The notes under the pieces: generated by a model
Database searches by the model: none
Told to the model about the DNA's origin: nothing
What the model saw: only the letters and a program-made list of their open reading frames with translations
Translations under genes and position numbers: made by a program
Source: an uncultured Solirubrobacterales bacterium
GTDB taxonomy: Bacteria > Actinomycetota > Thermoleophilia > Solirubrobacterales > Solirubrobacteraceae
NCBI GenBank assembly: GCA_963724305.1
Contig: CAVRUG010000004.1
Span: forward strand, 1,437,640 to 1,501,639
DNA: 64,000 nt
Direction of reading: 5' to 3'
Part shown: piece after piece, positions 22,229 to 31,069 of the stretch
Numbering within the stretch: the stretch's first letter is position 1
Layout: the number at the start of each line of letters is the position of its first letter

Positions 22229-22888
22229 TCAGCAGAAGAGCACCCCGACGGGGTCGTGGCGACTTTCCATGGTGATGTTGTTGACGCGCCCGCCAACGAT
22301 GCGAAGCGGCTGGTTGCTGCCCGGTAGTTTCCTGAGCTTGCCGCCTCGGATCGAGATGTAGAGGGAGGCGTTACGAGTGAGCTCGCTGATACCCGATTGG
22401 CAGCCGGCGATTGCCGGTCGGCGCTCGCGGCTTGCGGCGCTTTGCTCGGTGGTGCCGACGCGTGTGCCGTGACTCGTCGCGTAGCGCGTTGAGGTCGTCG
22501 AGAAGCCGCCGAGCACTCCAGTCGCGGTGTCCAGGTAGTACACGGTGCCGCAGTACGGCGGCCCCTCGTTGCTGACCGGACGCAGCTCGCCGCTCTGCTG
22601 CGCCGAGCATTCGTACCCGAGCCCCTTGTAGTTCGGTGTGTTGGGACCAACGAAGTTTCCTTCGCCTTTGGCTTCCGGCGCGCCGAGTGTCGCAACAACG
22701 TCGGCTTGCGTGGATTTCCCGAACTGCAGCACACCGATGCGTCCGCTCGACGAGACCGTGCGCGTGGCAACCGTGGTGGCATGCCCCGGATGCGCGGACG
22801 CGCCTGTGATCGAGCTGCCAAGCAACGTCAACGCGAGCACGGGCATGGCTGCTACGAGTAAGAACAGCTGTAGGCGGCTTTGCGTCAC
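22229..22888 (-). CDS. Secreted hypothetical protein at the left edge of the Ubl cluster
   Basis: Signal peptide ending ASA; several Cys; same strand as and downstream of the leftward arm of the cluster. Confidence 0.6.
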   Translation of the reverse strand: MTQSRLQLFLLVAAMPVLALTLLGSSITGASAHPGHATTVATRTVSSSGRIGVLQFGKSTQADVVATLGAPEAKGEGNFVGPNTPNYKGLGYECSAQQSGELRPVSNEGPPYCGTVYYLDTATGVLGGFSTTSTRYATSHGTRVGTTEQSAASRERRPAIAGCQSGISELTRNASLYISIRGGKLRKLPGSNQPLRIVGGRVNNITMESRHDPVGVLFC

Positions 22889-22985
22889 GCGCTAACCGCA
22901 AGCGACTCGTGGACGGCTCGGCCCGTGGGCCGCAGCTGCGTGAGCGACGCGAGGATCACGACACAGTGACCACTGGCGCAGCGAT

Positions 22986-24038
22986 TCAACACGAGTGTCG
23001 TTCGAGGCCGTCATGTGTGATCTTCCACGTGCCGCTGTAGTCGGTGAGTCTGTAGTAGCCGGTCCACGTGTAGCAACCTGTCTTCCTCGCCACCGTCTGT
23101 AGCGAGCCAACGTCTACCGTGGCTTCGTTCCCTTCGAGCGAGCCCGGTTCGAAGCTGTAGGAGACGCGCTCCACGCCTTCCTTTTCCTCGGCCTGCACCC
23201 ATTCAGATTCGCTGGACCCAGCGCTCGGTTCCTCGATCTGATAAGCCCCGGAGAAGTCGTGGTCTTCGATGTCGCTCCAATAGCTGTCCATTGCGGCGAC
23301 CGCGTGAGCCTCCCGTTCGCTCGGCGATGGCCCAGCCTGCGTTGCGGGCTGCGCAGCAGGTGTAACGGGTGGGGCGGGCGTAGAAGTGTGTGTGGTTGTA
23401 GAAGGCGTGTGGGTTGTTGCGGTTGGCGCGGGCGCGGCGGGCACCGTCTTTTCCACCGTCCTTTCCTTCACCGTGACCGTCGGCGCGTTGTGGTTCTTCG
23501 ATGAGGAGCTGAGCGCGACCGCTGCGCCGGCGCCGAGCAGCGCGACGACGATCGCTCCGATGACGATCGCGCCCGTCGGGTAGCGCCGGCTCGCCGGCGG
23601 CGGAGGCTTCTGCGGTGGTTGCGGCGGTGGCGGCACAGTCGCTGCGGTGGCTGGTTGGGTCGGGGTCGCTGGTGTGAGAACGTGTGTGGCGGTGGTGTTG
23701 GCGGGGCCGTTGACGCAGCCGGTGACGCTGCAGCCTGCGTTGTCCTGCCAGCACTCGTGGTGGTGAACGGTCCCGCAAGCGCCACAGGTCTCGATCGGGG
23801 CGCCCTCCTTCAGCGGGAAGCGGCAGTAGGGACAGACGCGTCCGGTCAGCTCAGGGCCAGCGTTCTGACCGGTCCCCGCGAAGGACGGAGAGCTCGTCCC
23901 GGGTTGAGACGGGAGCGGCGACCACCCGACGTCGCCGGTTTGCTGATGGGCCTGGACGGGGTTGCAGGCGACGCATACGCCCAGCGCGTTGAGCGGGCGG
24001 CCGCAGGCGGTGCAACGGGTATTTGGTTCGGCTGCCAT
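22986..24038 (-). CDS. Zn-ribbon + prokaryotic RING + TM + extracellular (NTF2-like?) domain protein (RING-1)
   Basis: CTAC...CVAC, then CPYC-x12-CGAC-x4-H-x2-CW-x5-C-x4-C, Pro-rich linker, TM (AIVIGAIVVALLGAGAAVAL), Thr/Pro stalk and a C-terminal domain ending WKIT. Confidence 0.85.
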   Translation of the reverse strand: MAAEPNTRCTACGRPLNALGVCVACNPVQAHQQTGDVGWSPLPSQPGTSSPSFAGTGQNAGPELTGRVCPYCRFPLKEGAPIETCGACGTVHHHECWQDNAGCSVTGCVNGPANTTATHVLTPATPTQPATAATVPPPPQPPQKPPPPASRRYPTGAIVIGAIVVALLGAGAAVALSSSSKNHNAPTVTVKERTVEKTVPAAPAPTATTHTPSTTTHTSTPAPPVTPAAQPATQAGPSPSEREAHAVAAMDSYWSDIEDHDFSGAYQIEEPSAGSSESEWVQAEEKEGVERVSYSFEPGSLEGNEATVDVGSLQTVARKTGCYTWTGYYRLTDYSGTWKITHDGLERHSC

Positions 24039-24199
24039 TTCCCCCCGGTTCTCCTGAAGTCAGCGGCAAACCATACCGTAGCCGTGCCGCTCTAGTGGGA
24101 CAGTATGAAAAGTATGTCACGTAGTCCGCGCGTTGCGTGGTCACATCGGCCGCGCGGCCCGTAGCCAAAGATCAAATGATTCAGTGCCACTGAATGCGG

Positions 24200-25213
24200 T
24201 CATGCACAGCCCAGAGCGTGCCGGACCGGGTGGAGGACCCGATGCAGCCAGGTTGCGGTGCGTGTGATCATTTCGATGCCGACGTCGAACGACGACCCCC
24301 CCGGGGGTGGGTGGGCGATGATTGCGACAGCGGTGGCGTTGGCCGTGCCGGGGTCAACAATGCCGGATTGTCTCACGAGGTAGGCTTCGCCTTCCGGCCC
24401 CCACCCGCCCTTGAAGGCGACATGAGCGAAATCGGCCGATCCGAGTCCCCAGCTCTCCGACGGGACGATCTGCTGCATCAAGCTCAAGATGTGCTGCGTG
24501 TGTCGAGGGGGGAGCAGGCAGCCGGCGTCGAGGGCGCTGAAGAACAGCACGGCGCTGCCCGGGGCCCACTCGGTTTGGCCGAACGTGGTGACGGCGCCTG
24601 GCGGCGGGGGTTGGGTTGCAACGACGGTGGCGCGGTCGCCGCTGCGCTGCAACTCCCCTTCAACGGCTTCACTCGCCCCCGCGAGACCCCCCTCGATTGC
24701 TTCCAAGTCGTGAAAGAGGCTGAGGATCGCTTCGTTGCTCGATTCGGTGATCGCCAGTCTGGTCTCTTCCTGCTCTTGGTAGCTGAGTTGGTGCGGTTCG
24801 AGCGCCGTCATGAGAGCCGCGATCACGGGGATCTTCATCGTGCTCCAACCGTGAGCCGCCTCGTCTAGTCCGAAGAGCTTTGGTTTGCCCGCGCCGACGG
24901 GCATCACCGCAACCTCGACGGGGCCCGGGAGCTCGCGCTGCAGCGCGGCGAACGTAACGTCGGCTTCGGGGGCAAGCTCCGTGACCGCTTCGGCCGGGGG
25001 CGCCGGCGCGACTCCCGGCGCTATCGCCGATCGTCGGGCTGTTGCGGTTGTCGGGCTGCTCTCCAGGCCCGTCGTCGTGGTGGTGCGAGCGGCGCCGTTC
25101 GCGGGGTTGCTCACGAAACGTTGCACGATGATCCCGACCGTGAGGCCGCCGAGGAACAGGAGCCCCACGATGAGCAGCACGTTCGTGCGATGGCTTGCGG
25201 GCCGCGGTCTCAC
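24200..25213 (-). CDS. Membrane-anchored serine hydrolase, beta-lactamase/PBP fold
   Basis: SxxK (WSTMK), SxN (ESSNE) and K-G-G-W-G motifs; N-terminal TM; GTG start overlaps the ABC gene stop. Confidence 0.82.
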   Translation of the reverse strand: MRPRPASHRTNVLLIVGLLFLGGLTVGIIVQRFVSNPANGAARTTTTTGLESSPTTATARRSAIAPGVAPAPPAEAVTELAPEADVTFAALQRELPGPVEVAVMPVGAGKPKLFGLDEAAHGWSTMKIPVIAALMTALEPHQLSYQEQEETRLAITESSNEAILSLFHDLEAIEGGLAGASEAVEGELQRSGDRATVVATQPPPPGAVTTFGQTEWAPGSAVLFFSALDAGCLLPPRHTQHILSLMQQIVPSESWGLGSADFAHVAFKGGWGPEGEAYLVRQSGIVDPGTANATAVAIIAHPPPGGSSFDVGIEMITRTATWLHRVLHPVRHALGCA

Positions 25214-27567
25214 TGCGCGGGTCTGGCGAGCATGTGAATGATGCCCGCTACGAGGATCGTGGCGAAGACGGCGCAGATGAGAGCGAAGTCGATGATCGTC
25301 ACGGAGAAGAAGGCGTGGCCATAGTGGTTGATGTGGGAGTAGACGCGGTCTTCGTCGATGCGCTGCTGCATGTTCACGACGTGCCCGGCGGTCGCAAAGC
25401 CCCACCGCGACGGCACGAGCGCAGAGAAGACTTTGACGATCGGCTGCATTTCCTGGTACTGCACGAGCGCGCCACCGAAGAGCAGCTGGGGGACGAGCAG
25501 CAGGGGGATGATCGCCGTGGCTTGGTCCTCAGACGTCGAGACGGCTGAGACCAGGAGACCTAGGAGGGTGGCGATCGAGCCGACCATCACCAAGACCGCG
25601 ACGAAGGCCAGCACCGTCAGGGGTGGTTCGTGCAGGGGACGGAGGACGAGGAGGATCAGCGCGAACAACGTAATCTGTACGGCTGCGAAGGCGAGGAGGA
25701 CGACGAGCTTCGAGGCAAGGTAGGCGGGCAGGCGAACGCCGATCGCGAGCTCCCGATTGAGCACGTTGCGCTCCTTCACGATCTCGCGCGCGGCGTTGAT
25801 CGAGCCGAGCCAGATTGCGATCGTCACCATCAGGAAGACGAGCTGGGCGGACTTGCCCGACCCGTTTGGTTGCGGCGGTGTCACGAAAATCGTGGAGGCG
25901 AAGAGGATCGCCGTGAAGACGCCGAGCACGGGGACCTGGATCAGGGCACTACGGATGTGTTTCCGGTCGCGTAGCACGAGGAGCGCGTAGCGACTCGCAA
26001 GGATCTTCGTCTGGTAGCCGAGCGACTGGCGGACGCGCGGCGGTGTTTGCGGAGCGTCGCGACGAACCGGCGGCAGGGATCGTACGGCCGCCGGCGTCGG
26101 GTGGTTGGGGGCGAGCCGTTCGAGCGCGGAGTAAACGTCGTCGTAGTGGTCAACGCCGAAGGTGGTGAGGAGCTCCCCGGGTGGACCATCGAAGCGCATG
26201 TGACCACCCCGGCCCATGACGATCACGCGATCGTATTGGTGCATACTCCCCGTGGCGTGGGTAACGAGCGCGACGGTTTGGCCGGCGTTGGCGAGCTGAC
26301 GGAAGAGCTCGGTCATGTGGTGCTCGAGCCCGGGGTCGAGTCCCGTGGTGGGCTCGTCGAGGAACAGCGCGCCCGGCCGGTGCAGGAGCTCAACCCCCAC
26401 GGCAACGCGCTTGCGCTGCCCGCCGGAGAGACGACTGACGCGGATGTCGGCACGATCGGCGAGCCCAAGCTCAGCGATCACCTCGTGGACTCGTTCGAGG
26501 CGCTCATGCTCGGCGGTGTCCGGCGGCAGACGCAGGCGAGCAGCGAAGTCGAGCGCCTCCGTGACCGTCAGCTCGTCGTGGACGATGTCGAACTGGGGCA
26601 CGTAGCCGATCTCCGACTGGCGAAGCATCACCGCTTCCCCACCGACGAGCACACTGCCGCCGGTAGGGGCGGAAACACCCGCGAGTGCCTTCAGGAGGGT
26701 ACTCTTGCCGGCACCGGACTCGCCGATGATCGCGACGAGCTCGCCGGCGCGCAGCTGCAGGTCGGTGGGCTGCAGGATCGTCCCGCTCTCCACGTCGACG
26801 CGGACGCCGCTTGCCGCGATCGCAAGACCGGCAGCGACCGCCCGCTCGAACAGCTCCAAGCCGTCGAAGAGGATCCGGTACGGGCCGATCGCGATCTGGT
26901 CGCCGACGTGCAACCGAGTCCTCCGTACGGGTGCGCCGTTGACGCGCACCCCGACGGCGCTGCCGAGGTCGGTGATCGTAGTGGCGGTGCCGTCGGAGTT
27001 GAGGACGGCGTGGTGGAGGGAGATCGTCGGGTGGTCGAGCACGAGGTCACACGCAGGGTCACGACCGATCGTGAATCCGCGCTTGGTTGCGCGGAGTCGC
27101 CCGGCGTCGACCGGCTTGACGGGCGCGAGGCGCGGGAGCCCGTGGCCGGTCGGAAGGTAGTAGAAGCTCGTACCGCCAAGCGCGATCGCGTCACCCCGGC
27201 GGAGCGTGCGGCGCTCCCCGGAGACGAGCAGTTCTCCATTCACGTACGTGGCAGCACGCCCGCCGCGCTCGACGAGCGCGTGACCGTTGTCGGTCGGCTC
27301 GATCGCCGCTTGGATCGGCGCCACGTTGGCGACGCGCACCGTCGCGCTCTCGGCGGCGCCGATCGTGAGGCCGTCGTGAGGGATGGTGAGGCGGCGCTCG
27401 CCGCAGAGCAGCGCCGCGGATTGCAGCGCGACCTCGAGCTCGTCCTCGAAGCCGATAACGAGCGGCCGCGGCGGGGCTCCGGGCAGCGTCTCGAGGTCGA
27501 TCGATGCCTCGCTAGTCGGCCCGGGTGAGCGGATCTTGACTAGCTCGTCATCGGGATTGTCAACCAT
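25210..27567 (-). CDS. FHA-FHA-ABC ATPase-ABC2 permease fusion (Rv1747-like exporter)
   Basis: FTIGRDPACD...TISLHHA FHA; GESGAGKST, LSGGQRKR, FLDEPTTGLD; REIVKER permease motif. Confidence 0.92.
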   Translation of the reverse strand: MVDNPDDELVKIRSPGPTSEASIDLETLPGAPPRPLVIGFEDELEVALQSAALLCGERRLTIPHDGLTIGAAESATVRVANVAPIQAAIEPTDNGHALVERGGRAATYVNGELLVSGERRTLRRGDAIALGGTSFYYLPTGHGLPRLAPVKPVDAGRLRATKRGFTIGRDPACDLVLDHPTISLHHAVLNSDGTATTITDLGSAVGVRVNGAPVRRTRLHVGDQIAIGPYRILFDGLELFERAVAAGLAIAASGVRVDVESGTILQPTDLQLRAGELVAIIGESGAGKSTLLKALAGVSAPTGGSVLVGGEAVMLRQSEIGYVPQFDIVHDELTVTEALDFAARLRLPPDTAEHERLERVHEVIAELGLADRADIRVSRLSGGQRKRVAVGVELLHRPGALFLDEPTTGLDPGLEHHMTELFRQLANAGQTVALVTHATGSMHQYDRVIVMGRGGHMRFDGPPGELLTTFGVDHYDDVYSALERLAPNHPTPAAVRSLPPVRRDAPQTPPRVRQSLGYQTKILASRYALLVLRDRKHIRSALIQVPVLGVFTAILFASTIFVTPPQPNGSGKSAQLVFLMVTIAIWLGSINAAREIVKERNVLNRELAIGVRLPAYLASKLVVLLAFAAVQITLFALILLVLRPLHEPPLTVLAFVAVLVMVGSIATLLGLLVSAVSTSEDQATAIIPLLLVPQLLFGGALVQYQEMQPIVKVFSALVPSRWGFATAGHVVNMQQRIDEDRVYSHINHYGHAFFSVTIIDFALICAVFATILVAGIIHMLARPAQ

Positions 27568-27684
27568 ATCCCCCCCATTCTTGCCTTCCACATCGCCTAA
27601 TCGTATAAGCTGTCGCCGCTATTCAGCCAAGGCCGGTCAGCGCGGGTACCTCCCGTTCATTCGGCCCGAACCAGGAGTTGGGGG

Positions 27685-28326
27685 ATGGACCCGCGTCTGC
27701 GCAGGCTCCAATCGGACTACGAACTCGTGCGGGAGGTGTTCTCGGGGCATCCGCATGTCGCCGTGGAAGCGCTCGGCACGCGGCTGCCGCCGGAGAACTA
27801 CCGTGTCGAGTACCGCCTGCGCGGGCTTTACTTGAACGGTGATCAACCGGCCTACCGGGACGTTCACCACATCGAGGTGATGTTGCCGCGTCGCTACCCC
27901 GCGGAGAAGCCGTACGTGGTGCCGCTTGAGCCGATCTTCCACCCGAACATTCGCGACTATTTCTGCATCGCGGATTACTGGGCGGCCGGGACGACCCTCG
28001 CCGACGTGATCGTGAAGCTCGGCGACATGATCCAATGGCGCGTCTACAACACCGCGAGCCCACTAGACGCAATCGCTGCGCGTTGGGCCGCTGAACAGGA
28101 GTACTCGGGGATCTTCCCGATCGGCAACGTGGATCTCGGCGTTGCCGACTTCGAAATCGCGATCCGCTCGCGCGCGCTCGAGCAACCGATCCCGGCGCCC
28201 GAGACAGCGCCTGCGCTTGCTCCGGTCGCCACTGTGGACGAGGTGGAAGCCGAGCCACCTCCGGCGACCCTCACTGCAAACGACGATGACGATGGCCTCG
28301 TCGTGATGCTGCGCTCGCGCGGGTGA
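27685..28326 (+). CDS. Ubiquitin-conjugating enzyme E2 (UBC fold), copy A
   Basis: RLRRLQSD N-terminal helix, YPAEKP, PIFHPNIRDYFCIAD (HPN plus catalytic Cys), SPLDAIAA; acidic/Pro tail; GGAG RBS. Confidence 0.9.
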   Translation: MDPRLRRLQSDYELVREVFSGHPHVAVEALGTRLPPENYRVEYRLRGLYLNGDQPAYRDVHHIEVMLPRRYPAEKPYVVPLEPIFHPNIRDYFCIADYWAAGTTLADVIVKLGDMIQWRVYNTASPLDAIAARWAAEQEYSGIFPIGNVDLGVADFEIAIRSRALEQPIPAPETAPALAPVATVDEVEAEPPPATLTANDDDDGLVVMLRSRG

Positions 28327-28344
28327 TCAGGAGGGGTCGGGACG

Positions 28345-29502
28345 ATGACCGACAAGAGAAGGATCGTTCTCGGTGAGGAGGACTTCCTCGAAGCGGAGCC
28401 ACCGAGCTCGGCGCCAGCGCCCCCGGTTGCCAGCGCCGCGCCGCCAACACGACCCCTGAGGCCGCCCGCGCCGGACCTCCCGACGGTCACGCGTGGCGTT
28501 CCACGCCGAGTCGACCCCAGCGAACCGGGATTTGCGGCCTCGCCCGGCGGGGCGCCTACGAGCGCGCCGACCTGGATGACGGCGCCGCAAACCGCCCACC
28601 TCGTCGCCGCCGCGGTCGGAATCGTCGGAGGCTGGGCCGTCACTGAAATCACCGGCATCGCGAGCATCGCGGCGCAATCGAGCCTCGGCCTCGACGCAAC
28701 GGCGGGCCTCTGGGTCGGTGTCGTCGGGCTCTTCTTCGGCGGCACGGTACTTGCGTACGACAGCGCGATCGGGGGCGCGTGGGCGGCGGCTCGGAGCCGC
28801 TTCGCGAAAGCGGCGCTGCCGATGTTTGGCGCCTCGTTCGCCGCCGGGTTCCTTGCGCAGGTCGTCTACGGCGAAATCATCAAAGCGATTCTCGAAGAAG
28901 TGTTGCGGGGACAGACAACGGTCGGCGCCAACGACGTGCGCCTGTACCTCGCCCGCGCGCTCGGCTGGGCGTTGTTCGGCATCGGCATCGGCGTCTCCGT
29001 CGGACTACTGCGAAAATCGAACCGCCTGGCGGTCAACGGCGGGATCGGAGGCGCGATCGGTGGAGCTATCGGCGGCGTGATCTTCGAGTACGTGGCCTTC
29101 AACGTCGGGCTCAGCGGAGCCTTGACGCGGCTCGTGGGGCTCACCGCGGTAGGCAGTCTGATCGCAGTCGCGACGCGCGTCGTTGAAACCGCGCGCCGGC
29201 AAGCCTGGCTGCACATCACCGCAGGCGGAATGGCCGGCAAGGAGTTCATCATCTACCACGACGTCACGCGGATCGGCGCCTCGGCGGAGTGCGAGATCTT
29301 CCTCTTGAAGGACCCGGCGGTCGCGAAGCTGCACGCCCAGATCGACGACCGGGATGAGCGCAGGCTGCTCACGGCAATGCCTAACGCGCCCGTCTACGTG
29401 AACGCGCAGCCCGTCCAATCCCACGTCCTGCGCAACGGAGACAAGCTGCGAATAGGAAGCACAACTATTGCGTATTCCGAGCGTGCGGAGGCGGCCGCGT
29501 AG
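28345..29502 (+). CDS. Multi-TM protein with C-terminal FHA domain
   Basis: Pro-rich N-terminus, several Gly-rich TM segments, then GKEFII...RIGASAECEIFLLKDPAVAKLHAQI...VYVN...LRNGDKLRIG. Confidence 0.85.
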   Translation: MTDKRRIVLGEEDFLEAEPPSSAPAPPVASAAPPTRPLRPPAPDLPTVTRGVPRRVDPSEPGFAASPGGAPTSAPTWMTAPQTAHLVAAAVGIVGGWAVTEITGIASIAAQSSLGLDATAGLWVGVVGLFFGGTVLAYDSAIGGAWAAARSRFAKAALPMFGASFAAGFLAQVVYGEIIKAILEEVLRGQTTVGANDVRLYLARALGWALFGIGIGVSVGLLRKSNRLAVNGGIGGAIGGAIGGVIFEYVAFNVGLSGALTRLVGLTAVGSLIAVATRVVETARRQAWLHITAGGMAGKEFIIYHDVTRIGASAECEIFLLKDPAVAKLHAQIDDRDERRLLTAMPNAPVYVNAQPVQSHVLRNGDKLRIGSTTIAYSERAEAAA

Positions 29503-29586
29503 GTTCAACAACGGCGGAGGACGCCCCTCCCTATTGTTCAATATGTAGTGACACAACACACTACTTGTAACCAAAACGGAGGCGAC

Positions 29587-29850
29587 ATGGACCTGACAAT
29601 CGTGGACGCGACTGGCAACAAGGCCGAGGAGGTGAGCGTTCCCGACACCGTCGCCAGCGGTCGCATCGTCGGCCGGCTCGTCCAGTTGCTGCAGCTCCCC
29701 GCGGTGGGGCCGGACGGGCAGCCGCTGTCCTACAAGTTCCACCACAAGCAGTCCGGGCGCCAGATCAACGACAATGAGACCCTCGGCGACGCTGGCGTGA
29801 AAGAAAACGACGTGCTGCGCCTGGTGGCTGAAATCACGGCGGGCGCTTAG
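29587..29850 (+). CDS. Ubiquitin-like beta-grasp protein (EsaB/YukD-like), 87 aa
   Basis: ETLGDAGVKENDVLRLV matches the Ub/YukD TLxDxGIxxGDxLxL pattern; ends EITAG-A; GGAGG RBS; directly upstream of E1. Confidence 0.9.
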   Translation: MDLTIVDATGNKAEEVSVPDTVASGRIVGRLVQLLQLPAVGPDGQPLSYKFHHKQSGRQINDNETLGDAGVKENDVLRLVAEITAGA

Positions 29851-29860
29851 CTCTGCGCAC

Positions 29861-31069
29861 ATGCCGGCGAGCCATGACAGCAAGCGCATCCGAGTCGACG
29901 CCGAGGACGGGCGCTACGACCGCCAGAGCCTGATCACCTGGTGGGACCAGGCGCGGCTGCAGGATGCTCGCGTGCTGGTGGTTGGTGCGGGCGCGCTCGG
30001 GAACGAGATCGTGAAGAATCTCGTGCTCGTCGGCATCGGCACGGTGATCGTTGTCGACCTGGACAGAGTCGAGAGCTCGAACCTCTCGCGCTGCGTGTTT
30101 TTCCGTGCCGAGGACGAGGGGCGCCCGAAGGCGAGGGCGTTGGCGGAGCGCGCCGCGGAGCTGAACCCCAACGTCGAGGTCATCCCGGTCGTCGGCGACG
30201 TCCGGCTCGCGATCGGGCTCGCCGCGTTCGCCGAGGTCAACGTGGTGATCGGCGGACTCGACAATCGCGAAGCGCGCCTGTTCGTCAACCAGGCCTGTTG
30301 GAAGACGACCACGCCGTGGATCGACGGCGCGATCGAGGGCCTGATGGGTGTCGCCAAGGTCTTCATCCCGCCGGATACAGCGTGTTACGAGTGCACGCTC
30401 GGCGAGCGCGACCACGAGTTGCTCGCGGCACGCCGGACCTGCGCGATGCTTAGCCGCGAGGAGATGTTGGCGGGCAAGACGCCGACAACGGCGACCACGT
30501 CGAGCGTGGTTGCGGCGCTGCAGGCGCAAGAGGCGATCAAGCTGCTGCACGCAGATCGCCTCGGAGAACCGGCGCTCGCCGGCAATGGCTACCAGTTTGT
30601 CGGCCTCACGCACGAGTCCTACGTTGTCCGTTACGGCCGCCGGGAGGACTGCTTGAGCCACGATACCTACGCGCGCGACGCCGTCACCGTCGTCGCCCAC
30701 GACGTCGTGTTCGGCGAACTCCTCGCGCTGGCCCGGGAGACGCTCGGCGCGCAGGCGGTGCTCGAGCTCGAGCACGAGCTCGTCGTTAGCGCGTCGTGTC
30801 AGCGGTGCGACATCGCCGAGGAGCTGCTGTGTCCGGTCAACACGCTCGACGCCGGTGCCGGTCTGTGCCCCCGTTGTGGCGAGCCGTGGAGGCTTGAGTT
30901 CGCGCACACGATCGACTGGGCGTCCCCGCTGCTGGAGCGCACAGCGGAGGACCTCGGACTGCCGCCCGGCGACTACGTCGTGGCACGCGAGGGATTTCGT
31001 CGCCGCTTCTATTCGCTCTCGGCGCCCGGAACGGCGCTTGACCTCCTCCGCAGGAAGTCCGTGGCGTGA
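29861..31069 (+). CDS. E1 / ThiF-family Ubl-activating enzyme with C-terminal Zn domain
   Basis: RYDRQ, VVGAGALGNE, DLDRVESSNLSR, GLDNREAR, CYECTL followed by candidate catalytic RRTC, CLSH, and extra CQRC/CPRC. Confidence 0.93.
   Translation: MPASHDSKRIRVDAEDGRYDRQSLITWWDQARLQDARVLVVGAGALGNEIVKNLVLVGIGTVIVVDLDRVESSNLSRCVFFRAEDEGRPKARALAERAAELNPNVEVIPVVGDVRLAIGLAAFAEVNVVIGGLDNREARLFVNQACWKTTTPWIDGAIEGLMGVAKVFIPPDTACYECTLGERDHELLAARRTCAMLSREEMLAGKTPTTATTSSVVAALQAQEAIKLLHADRLGEPALAGNGYQFVGLTHESYVVRYGRREDCLSHDTYARDAVTVVAHDVVFGELLALARETLGAQAVLELEHELVVSASCQRCDIAEELLCPVNTLDAGAGLCPRCGEPWRLEFAHTIDWASPLLERTAEDLGLPPGDYVVAREGFRRRFYSLSAPGTALDLLRRKSVA

Noticed and set aside
24200-25213. Antibiotic-resistance beta-lactamase
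   Set aside because: It has the fold motifs but is membrane-anchored, and I could not identify a class A omega-loop ExxLN motif; activity cannot be inferred.
29587-29850. YukD-like gene as part of a type VII secretion locus
   Set aside because: No FtsK/EccC ATPase, WXG100 or EccD genes nearby; it is flanked by E1/E2/JAB and has a near-terminal Gly.
29861-31069. ThiF/MoeB for thiamine, molybdopterin or cysteine biosynthesis
   Set aside because: No rhodanese domain and no thi/moa/cys genes; E2 and RING partners point to conjugation.
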